Below are positions 24,686 through 34,178 of a stretch of DNA of 64,000 nucleotides, piece by piece. Source of the DNA: Strigamia acuminata. Its lineage: Eukaryota. Position 1 is the first letter of the stretch. Each line of letters starts with the position of its first letter. The DNA lies in assembly GCA_949358305.1 (NCBI GenBank), contig OX442314.1, positions 25,854,001-25,918,000 of the forward strand, read 5' to 3'. A program made the translations under genes and the position numbers. The notes beneath the pieces were generated by a model, which did not search any database, was not told where the DNA came from, and saw only the letters and a list, made by a program, of their open reading frames with translations.

Positions 24686-25340
24686 TGATTGTGGTCGTGG
24701 GCGTGGTCCATTGACCGAGAAATCACACAAAGCATCAAACTTACTTACCAACGAACACGAGGTGGTAGTGAGGATCAGACGGAAGATGAAACGCGCGCGT
24801 TTGATATAAGCTGCCGAACCAAAGTGTGTGTATGTCGTGAGCGGCTGATGTGACATCTGGTGGCAGTCCGAGAACGATTTAAGTTTGAACTATGGAGCGT
24901 TGGCGAATGAACGGGTCTCTCTCGTTGGCAATCCTCGTTGTTCCGACGAATCCTGCTATCGCCGTCTTTGTGGTCCTCGTCACGGTCGTCGTTTTTATTT
25001 AACTCGAAACGAACGTTAATACTAAGTTTCCAATGTGCGTAGACGCGCGTGATTCGCGCGTTTTCCACATGTGGTGCCCCCGTCACGCGTGAATACAAAA
25101 CGTCGACCCAATAAATTCCGAAACTGGGCTAATCTTGTTTCATTCGCCCATGTGCGCTTACCCATATATTTTGTTTTTCAGTTTGTGGAAAAGTTCATTG
25201 CCTGTGGTTTTCGGCGCGTACATGGCAAACGCGGGAAAATTTGCGGTGGTAGCGCGCTTTGGTGGCAATAAAAAAAAAAAACACCATAATGTTAAAAATG
25301 GGAATCCCGTCGGGTTTTTTTACGAAACATCTTGCAGAAG

Positions 25341-25526
25341 CTTATTTTTGAACAAATTGTTTGGGGCTGCCGGTGCTTGTCGGCGCCAGCTGCCCCGTAT
25401 TCTGTACAGAGAGAGACGTTCAAAAGAACATCTATTAACTCATACAGTAGAAAAACCACAGAAGTGAGTAAAACAATCGCGGAAAACCAAAACCCTCCGG
25501 ATTTCCGCGAGGGCCAGGATTGGTCT
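25341..25526 (-). ncRNA. snRNA-like cassette, class II, copy h (zinc-finger linker insert)
   Basis: Box and hairpin at 25341-25396; 5' hairpin near 25491-25515; internal + strand reads KEHLLTHTVEKPQK. Confidence 0.5.
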
Positions 25527-26282
25527 GGATTACTGGAATCACTCTCGAAGCCCGTCGAATGCGTTGATGGAGATTCGCACCAACTACGACAGCGCGTGGC
25601 AACTGGAAGGTGAAATTAAAATATAAAACGGCGGATATTTTACAAAACTTTTGTATCGGTCGTTTGGTACAAAGATAATGTGATTAACTATTGGAATACG
25701 AACCGCGAAACCGATACCACGATCCGAAATTTAAACTTTAATCGTCCACCCATTGTCGATCGCCAGACATCTATAAGCGATAGGTGCGCCCTTTTCATTT
25801 TCGTGTCGCTCCCCCAGAGTTTGTGGGTCTAACCTGACCTAATCTTACCCAATTCGAATCTGAATTTGAATCTAAATTTTGCGTTTTCTTTATCGTTTCA
25901 ACATTATACGAGTTTCCTTTTGTTAAACAATTATGTTTTGAATTTTCGTAAGTGGTTGGTTAATTGCGTCCCGGTGCGTTGCCATAAACACAAAGCACTC
26001 TGCGGGCATTTATCCACGTTGACGGACATTATTATCGACGCCCGCGTCGAAAGACCGTGTCGAGCTCATCGGCATCGCATCACACGCAATATCGCGCGCG
26101 CGAACGCGCTTGTGCGAGTATGTACGTCGCCGGGGACTCGGCTTCGCGGTCGCGCATCGACGTCGAAACATGCCGTATCGGTGTGCGGATGTTTTCTATG
26201 CCCACAACGAACCGAATCTGTCGGACGCGAGTAGAATGCACGTCAAGAGGTTTAGACTAACGGATGAGTGTCGATGTGGGAG

Positions 26283-26566
26283 CTTATTTTTGGGACGAGT
26301 CGTCGGGGTTGCCGCCGCCGTCGCCGCTCAACGACACCATTTGCCCCTATTCTCGTCGGGACGGGCGCGTTCTATTTCCGATTTATTTGTTTCTTCATTT
26401 ATTTATTATTTTGACCGGCCCGAAGGCCAGTCTGAGACCGAGAGAGCGAGGAAGGCGTTCAAGAAGGACGCCTACAGCCACTGGAAGCGAGAACCCGGCT
26501 ACCACGCCGCCCGGCGGGTACTGAGCCGCTCGACCGAGCGGCGGGCCCGAGTTCCGCTGGCGATCT
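26283..26566 (-). ncRNA. snRNA-like cassette, class I, copy 5
   Basis: UUCG hairpin at 26413; box at 26283. Confidence 0.5.
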
Positions 26567-26899
26567 GAAAGTGTTGGCAAAACCCATCGAACGTGTTGAG
26601 AAAGACTCCCATCGACTGGGACGGCGCGAGACCCCCGGAAGATGACAATAAAATACAAAACAACGGATTCCCTACAAATTTTTTTTCCCGGTAAATTACG
26701 ACGAAGATAATCTAATTAACGGTTAAAGTACGAACCGCAGAGTCGGTGCCACGACCGGAGAATTAAAAATTTAATCGTCTTTCTTTTTCGGGTGATATTT
26801 TTTACTCCGTACCGATCGCCACGTCAGACACGAGTAGGATGCACGCGACCGCGCGCACGTTTAAACGAACGAACGAACGAACGGATGCCGACGCGGAAA

Positions 26900-27157
26900 C
26901 TTATTTTCGGGGCGAGTCGTCAAGGCTGCCGCTGCCGCCGCCGTCGCTCAACGACCCCAACCGCATCTATTCGTCGGGACGGATACGTTCCATTTTCGGA
27001 CTTATTTATTTATTTATTTATTTATTATTTTGACCGGCCCGAAGGCCAGTCTGAGACCGTGGCGAAGCAAGGGTGTTTTTATATCGGATACCGCGCCGCT
27101 CGGCGGGTACTGTGCGCCGCTCGACCGAGCGGCGGGCCCGAGTCCCGAGTTCGATCT
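26900..27157 (-). ncRNA. snRNA-like cassette, class I, copy 6
   Basis: UUCG hairpin at 27032; box at 26900. Confidence 0.5.
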
Positions 27158-27492
27158 GAAAGTGTTGGCAAAACCCATCGAACGTGTTCGGGAAGACTCC
27201 CGTCCACAACGACGGCGCGAGACCCCCGGAAGATGAAAATAAAATACGAAACGGCTCATTTTCTATAAAATTTTTATTCCAACGAATTACGACGAAGATA
27301 ACCTAATTATCGGTTAAAGCACGGACCGCAAAGTCGGTGCCACGACCGGAGAATTAAAATTTTAATCGTCTTTCCTTTTTCGGGTGATTTTTTTTTACTC
27401 CGTACCGATCGCCACGTCAGACACGAGTAGGATGCACGCGACCGCGCGCACGTTTAAACGAACGAACGAACGAACGGATGCCGACGCGGAAA

Positions 27493-27581
27493 CTTATTTT
27501 CGGGGCGAGTCGTCGGGGCTGTCGTTGCTGCCGCCACCGCCGCCGCTCAGCGACCCCAGTTGCCCCAATTTTACGGCCAAT

Positions 27582-27620
<39 letters not shown>

Positions 27621-27802
27621 TTTTGACCGGCCCGAAGGCCAGTCTGAGAGACACGGGATGAACGCGCACAAATGCCACATCATCGACCGGACGCTGAAGC
27701 ATCGACCGTTTACTCGGTCGAGGAAATTTTAAACTATATAACCATCGACCGGTCAGTTGGGGAGGCGCGCCCGGTACTATACGAGACGGTCCGCCCCGAT
27801 CT
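27493..27802 (-). ncRNA. snRNA-like cassette, class I, copy 7
   Basis: UUCG hairpin at 27625; box at 27493. Confidence 0.5.
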
Positions 27803-27879
27803 GAAAACGCTCGCCGAACCCGCAGAACGCGTTCGGTGAGACTCGCGTCGACTACGACGACGCGAGACTCCCGGAAAGT

Positions 27880-28485
27880 GAAAATAAAATACGAAACGAT
27901 TGATTTTCTGTAAAAATTTTATTATGACGAGTTGCAACGAAGATAACCTAATTAATGACTGGAGCACACGGCGCGAAATTAATCCTATGATCGGGAAATG
28001 CATTTATATTTTTTAAAGACTCTGGTTTGACCAGGCACGAACGTTTATGTACGAGATCCAACGTCCGATCACGTGACATGTGACATATTTCGCAAAACCA
28101 CCACGCCGTTTCTCCAAATTAGGTTTTCACGAAACTCGATTCTATTTTTACCCACGTGGTCACGTGCCCTTCCCGATATCAAAATCGCGTTTTAGCGAAA
28201 CCCGAAGTTTCGTTTTTAATCGGCTGTTTTTGTTGGACACGAAGAAGCGTTATAGCGCGATCGCGCTAAGCGAGATTTGTAAAGTTGAGGATGCGTTACA
28301 ACGCGTTTTCAAAAAGCGGTTTGCCAAGAATGATAAAACACGCGCGATCGTGCGGATTGTACGAATAGGTGAAATCCGCAGAATCCGCCACGAGACTGCG
28401 AACAGGGGGTCAAGGTATAGGCCGCCGTAATGTTAAATATAGGGTCCCTTTCGCACTCTGCGAAATCCGCATGCGCGCCATAAGG
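27880..28485. repeat. Direct repeat, near-identical to about 30882-31487
   Basis: Direct comparison; ORFs 28080 and 31082 are nearly identical. Confidence 0.85.
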
Positions 28486-28614
28486 TTAACAGTCTTTCTT
28501 TTTCGGGTGATTTTTTTTACTCCGTACCGATCGCCACGTCAGACACGAGTAGGATGCACGCGACCGCGCGCACGTTTAAACGAACGAACGAACGAACGGA
28601 TGCCGGCGCGGAAA

Positions 28615-28703
28615 CTTATTTTCGGGGCGAGTCGTTGGGGCTGTCGTTGCTGCCGCCACCGCCGCCGCTCAGCGACCCCAGTTGCCCCAATTTTACGGCC
28701 AAT

Positions 28704-28742
<39 letters not shown>

Positions 28743-28924
28743 TTTTGACCGGCCCGAAGGCCAGTCTGAGAGACACGGGATGAACGCGCACAAATGCCAC
28801 ATCATCGACCGGACGCTGAAGCATCGACCGTTTACTCGGTCGAGGAAATTTTAAACTATACAACCATCGACCGGTCAGTTGGGGAGGCGCGCCCGGTACT
28901 ATACGAGACGGTCCGCCCCGATCT
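28615..28924 (-). ncRNA. snRNA-like cassette, class I, copy 8 (recent duplicate of copy 7)
   Basis: UUCG hairpin at 28747; internal segment almost identical to copy 7. Confidence 0.5.
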
Positions 28925-29259
28925 GAAAACGCTCGCCGAACCCGCAGAACGCGTTGGGTGAGACTCGCGTCGACTGCGACGACGCGAGACTCCCGGAAAG
29001 TGAAAATAAAATACGAAACGATTAATTTTCTGTAAAAATTTTATTATGACGAGTTGCGACGAAGATAACCTAATTAACGGTTAAAGCACGGACCGCAAAG
29101 TCGGTCCCACGACCGAAGAATTAAAATTTTAATCGTCTTTCTTTTTTCGTGTGATTTTTTTTTACTCCGCACCGATCGCCACGTCGGACACGGGTAGAAT
29201 GCACGCAACCGCACGCGCGCTGCGAGGTTTAGACGGACGAAGAAATGCCGGTGCGGGAG

Positions 29260-29549
29260 CTTATTTTCGGGGCGAGCCGTCGGGGCTGCCGCTGCCGTCG
29301 CCGCTCAACGACACCATTTGCCCCTATTCTCGTCGGGACGGGCGCGTTCTATTTCCGATTTATTTGTTTCTTCATTTATTTATTATTTTGACCGGCCCGA
29401 AGGCCAGTCTGAGACCGAGACCGCTTAGATCATTTTGGGCGGGTAGAAGTCCTACCGCACCATCGGCCGACGATCGGACGGAGAAGCGCGCATACCGCAC
29501 CATCGACCGATGGTCGGATAGAGGCGCGCATGTACTCGAGTCTCGATCT
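29260..29549 (-). ncRNA. snRNA-like cassette, class I, copy 9
   Basis: UUCG hairpin at 29390; closing stem AGATCGAGAC/GTCTCGGTCT on the minus strand. Confidence 0.5.
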
Positions 29550-29885
29550 GAAAAACGTCCGCAAAGTCTATTGGATGCGATGACCGGGACTCGCGTCGAC
29601 TGCGACGGTACATGGTCCCCGGGAAATGATTTAAAAATGTAAAACGACTGTTATTTTGTAAAACTTTTATTCGAATCTGCCACAACGAAGATAAAATGAT
29701 TAACGGTTGGAAGGCGAGCCGCGAAACCAGTTCTACGACGGGGGAATTAAAATTTTAACCGTTTTTCTTTTTCGGGTGATTTTTTTTTACTCCGCACCGA
29801 TCGCCACGCCGGACACGGGTAGAATGCACGCGACCGCACGCGCGCTGCGAGGTTTAGACGGACGAAGAAATGCCGGTGCGGGAGC

Positions 29886-30200
29886 TTATTTTCGGGGCGA
29901 GTCGTCGGGGCTACCGCCGCCGCTGCCGCCGCTCAACGACGCCACCCGCCCCTAGTCTCGCCGGGACGGGAGCGTTCTATTTCCGATTTATTCATTTATT
30001 TGTTATTTTGACCGGCCCGAAGGCCAGTCTGAGCCCGAGACCGATTGGGGACCTGTCGACCACCCATTTGGAGCACAAGCATAAATACCGCACCACCGAC
30101 CGATCCTCGGGTGGGAGAGGCGAATGCCATCTTGTCATCAAACGGGGATCGAGCGGCGCACGAGACAGGGGCGACGGCCCTCTCACTTTGGTCTCGATCT
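29886..30200 (-). ncRNA. snRNA-like cassette, class I, copy 10
   Basis: UUCG hairpin at 30010; closing stem CGAGACC/GGTCTCG. Confidence 0.5.
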
Positions 30201-30527
30201 GAGGATCCCCTCAAAATCCGTAGAACGCGATGATTGAAACTAACGCCTACTACGACGGCACGAGACCCCCGGAAGATGAAAATAAAATGCATAACGGCTG
30301 ATTTTCTATAAAATTTTTATTCCAACGAATTACGACGAAGATAACCTAATTAACGGTTAAAGCACGAGCCGCAAAGTCAGTGCCACGACCGGAGAATTAA
30401 AATTTTAATCGTCTTTCTTTTTCGGGTGATATTTTTTTTATCCCGTATCGATCGCTACATCGGACACGGGTAGAATGCACGCGACCGCGCGCACATTTAA
30501 ATAAACGAACGGGTGCCGATACGAGAG

Positions 30528-30804
30528 CTTATTTTTTGGGACGAGTCGTCGGGGTTGCCGCCGCCACCACTGCCACCGTTCAGCGACCCCAACCGCTTTT
30601 ATTCGCCGGGACGGATGCGTTCTATTTTCCGACTCGTTTATTTATTTATTTATTTTTTGACCGGCCCGAAGGCCAGTCTGAGACCGAGAGAGGCGTTTCT
30701 TTAGTGAAGACGCATACGCCATACGCGAGAACCCGGCTACCACGCCACTCGGCGGGTACTGCGCCGCTCGACCGAGCGGCGGGCCCGAGTTCCGCATTCG
30801 ATCT
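30528..30804 (-). ncRNA. snRNA-like cassette, class I, copy 11
   Basis: UUCG hairpin at 30659; box at 30528; upstream motif at 30854-30869. Confidence 0.5.
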
Positions 30805-31489
30805 GAAAGCGTTCGTGAAGCCCGTCGAACGTGTTCGGGAAAACTCTCGTCCACTACGACGGCGCGAGACCCCCGGAAGATGAAAATAAAATACAAAACG
30901 ATTGATTTTCTGTAAAAATTTTATTATGACGAGTTGCAACGAAGATAACCTAATTAATGACTGGAGCACACGGCGCGAAATTAATCCTATGATCGGGAAA
31001 TGCATTTATATTTTTTAAAGACTCTGGTTTGACCAGGCACGAACGTTTATGTACGAGACCCAACGTCCGATCACGTGACATGTGATATATTTCGCAAAAC
31101 CACCACGCCGTTTCTCCAAATTAGGTTTTCACGAAACTCGATTCTATTTTTACCCACGTGGTCACGTGCCCTTCCCGATATCAAAATCGCGTTTTAGCGA
31201 AACCCGAAGTTTCGTTTTTAATCGGCTGTTTTTGTTGGACACGAAGAAGCGTTATAGCGCGATCGCGCTAAGCGAGATTTGTAAAGTTGAGGATGCGTTA
31301 CAACGCTTTTTCAAAAAGCGGTTTGCCAAGAATGATAAAACACGCGCGATCGTGCGGATTGTACGAATAGGTGAAATCCGCAGAATCCGCCACGAGACTG
31401 CGAACAGGGGGTCAAGGTATAGGCCGCCGTAATGTTAAATATAGGGTCCCTTTCGCACTCCGCGAAATCCGCATGCGCGCCATAAGGAT

Positions 31490-31838
31490 ATAAGACAAAG
31501 CAGCCTGGACCGCACTGAAGGCAGAAAATCAAGACGAATTGGCCGAACTCAAAGTCCAGAAACGGGTAGAAATTGGACGTATTAGAATTAGAATGAACTC
31601 CACGGAAACAATTTCTTAATATCTGGCTCAAATGATTTCAGTAGCCAAGAAACTTAAATCGATCGGTGCGCCCATAGACGAGGCGAAATTATGGACACAT
31701 ATTTTAAACGGACTCACAGTGGATTATACTGCAGTGGTCGCAAGTTGTGACGTAATTGGTCGGAGCACATTAAAGTTCCATGACTTGGGAGAGCCCTCTT
31801 GGCTGAGGAATCAAGTAGAGCGGCACTTCCGAGTCTAG
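31490..31838 (+). pseudogene. Copia-type gag remnant (second copy at about 57270-57615)
   Basis: VAKKLKSIGAPIDEAKLWTHILNGLTVDYTAVV resembles Ty1/copia gag; no pol follows. Confidence 0.55.
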
Positions 31839-32493
31839 CAGAAGTTCTGTATATATATATGTACCAAGGCCATCGTGAAGCCCTTTTCCAAACGCACCAA
31901 CCAATCAATCGCATAAAAAAATCAGGCCCCTTGACAAAAAATTTTAAAGCCTTCCTGTTTCCTTCTGTTGGAAATAAATTGCACACGATGCGATTCGTAA
32001 TGTGGAATGTTACAAGTGATTTTATTTCATTCAAACAAAAGGTTAAATACAAGATTATCATATTCGTTGCTGATGGCGCTTTCGTGCGCTTCTCGGTGAG
32101 ACCATTGGCGCTTGCTTCCGTGATCTCCCAACGCCTTCGATAAAATATACTGTAGAGTCCCACGCCTTGACTAAACGTTCAAAATCATTCGAAAATTGGA
32201 CCTTCACCTAAATCTGCACTAGGACATGGTGAGACGTTGCACGAGCAACTTGTATAAATGAAACACTTCTAAAACTTGTTAAAACGACGGATGGAGTCGG
32301 ATTCGGATGGAAGTTTGTTGTAGACTCAAAGAAACGTGTGTAGACAGTATTACATTTGAAAAAACAGTGAATTTTTATTCAAAATTTTAGATATATAAAA
32401 CAAGAGGATTAAGCTAATCCTTAAATTCCAAGAATATAAATCCGGGTCACAAGTGAACTTTTCCACTTGCGCCACGGTGGTAAAAAAACATAA

Positions 32494-34176
32494 TTAAACT
32501 GGTTCACTTTGGAAACCGCCAGTTTCCACAGTCCCCCCGTCCCGGCGGACTGGAACTTCGGTTTCCACTTCAAGGTTGCACAGTCTCTGGATGGGTCTTC
32601 GAAGACGTGTCCCGTTGGACATCTGGATTTCGCAGGAGCGAATCAAGCCGTCACGACCCTCCTTCACGGAGGTGATGCGTCCGAGCTTCCACGTAAGTCG
32701 CGGCCGGTTTTGGTCCTCGATGATCACGATATCTCCCACGTTAAATTTCGTCCGACTGGTGACGCCTCGGTGTTGGCGTAATTCGATTAAGTATTCCTTC
32801 GTCCAACGGTCCCAAAATCGTTGAATAAGCGTTTGTCGGTATTTCCACGCTCTTAAGATGTCATCTTTTGATCCCGGATTGGTGGAATATTTCGGCGCGG
32901 TCGGCAGAAATGAAATGCGTTTTCCTAAGAGAAAATGAGAGGGGGAAAGGGGTAATTCTTCATGAGGAGTGTCATAAACATAAGTTAATGGTCTGGAGTT
33001 CACAACAGCTTCAGCTTCTGCTAGTATGGTTACGAGTCCTTCATAATCGAGTGAGTTTTTCCCGATCGTTTTCTTTAGCGCCAACTTCACGGAATGCACC
33101 ATGCGCTCCCAAAAGCCGCCCCACCACGGTGCGGTCTCCACAATATATTTCCATGTTATCCGTTTTTCCGTAATAAATCCTTGAAACTGTTCTTCTGGTA
33201 AATACTTCAAAAACAAATTAATCTCCTTGTCTGCTCTTTTAAAAGTCTTAGCATTGTCGGAATATATAGTCTTGGGAATCCCTCGTCGACAAATAAACCG
33301 TTTCATGCAGTCAATAAACTTGTCGGTACTTAGGTTGGAGAGCAATTCTAGATGGACTGCACGCGTCACCGCACATGTAAACAGGGCAATATACACTTTG
33401 TTACCCAATTTGGTGTAGAGAGGACCAGCAAAATCGACTCCACATATTTCGAACGGCTCACTCGGCGTAACACGATCAATGGGCAGCAATCCCCACTTTT
33501 CTTTGGCCAAACGTCCTTGTATTTTTCGACAGCGAACACACTTGTGGATGATTCCCTTGATTGTTTTTCTCGCACGGGCGATCCAGAATCTCTCTCGAAG
33601 TCCACTCAATGTGTCGGCCAATCCACTGTGTAAAGCTCGTTCGTGTTCGCCTAAAACAATCAATTTCGTTATAAAATGTTCGTTTGGTAATAAAAAGGGT
33701 TCGCGTGTATTGCGGTCAAGTTCGACAAGTCCCCATCGATGTGTGGCTCTCAACAATCCATTTTCGTCTAATATTGGCGCCAACTTCAAAATTGATGATG
33801 ATTTTTCAATTGGTTTTTGGTCGGTCAAACATCTAATTTCTCTCTGGAATCCCACTTGTTGTAAGTATTTCAGCCAATATCGTTCGTTCTGCTCGAGTTC
33901 CTCGTTTCTCAACGGTTCTCCATTCCTATTTTTCGTCTTTAGATTCGTAATATATCTAAAAACTCGAGCTGTAACTCGTTTCAGCTTCTTCCACGTATTA
34001 AATCGAGTGTAATCGATGTCTGGTTCTGCAACAGTTATTAATGTCATATTCACTTCCCTGTCGTCGTCCTCGATGATTGGATTCACGTTCACGTCCTCAT
34101 TTGGCGACCTCGATTCGATGTCCGCCAGCCATGTCGGTCCCTTCAACCAAAACGATTCTTCTGTAAGTTGTTTCAC
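32494..34176 (-). CDS. BEL/Pao pol C-terminal part (integrase)
   Basis: HHCC zinc finger, GVDFAGP, SDNAKTF, WWGGFWERMV, RPIQRLC tail. Confidence 0.9.
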   Translation of the reverse strand: MKQLTEESFWLKGPTWLADIESRSPNEDVNVNPIIEDDDREVNMTLITVAEPDIDYTRFNTWKKLKRVTARVFRYITNLKTKNRNGEPLRNEELEQNERYWLKYLQQVGFQREIRCLTDQKPIEKSSSILKLAPILDENGLLRATHRWGLVELDRNTREPFLLPNEHFITKLIVLGEHERALHSGLADTLSGLRERFWIARARKTIKGIIHKCVRCRKIQGRLAKEKWGLLPIDRVTPSEPFEICGVDFAGPLYTKLGNKVYIALFTCAVTRAVHLELLSNLSTDKFIDCMKRFICRRGIPKTIYSDNAKTFKRADKEINLFLKYLPEEQFQGFITEKRITWKYIVETAPWWGGFWERMVHSVKLALKKTIGKNSLDYEGLVTILAEAEAVVNSRPLTYVYDTPHEELPLSPSHFLLGKRISFLPTAPKYSTNPGSKDDILRAWKYRQTLIQRFWDRWTKEYLIELRQHRGVTSRTKFNVGDIVIIEDQNRPRLTWKLGRITSVKEGRDGLIRSCEIQMSNGTRLRRPIQRLCNLEVETEVPVRRDGGTVETGGFQSEPV

Positions 34177-34178
34177 GT

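Noticed and set aside
28080..28430. 116-aa ORF duplicated at 31082
   Set aside because: Non-ATG start and no motif; identity is explained by recent duplication
17233..30804. CRISPR array
   Set aside because: Eukaryotic context, units of 600-1000 bp, variable parts partly homologous to each other, and no cas genes
30659..30810. C/D snoRNA, hammerhead ribozyme or 7SK identity
   Set aside because: CTGA is present but there is no RTGATGA box and no CTGANGA/GAAA core in correct stems; no oligo-T terminator, and only a topological resemblance to 7SK
17226..31005. Short ORFs over the cassettes (MTGPKASLRPR..., DRPEGQSETER...)
   Set aside because: Non-ATG starts, frames change between copies, and conservation follows base-pairing rather than codons
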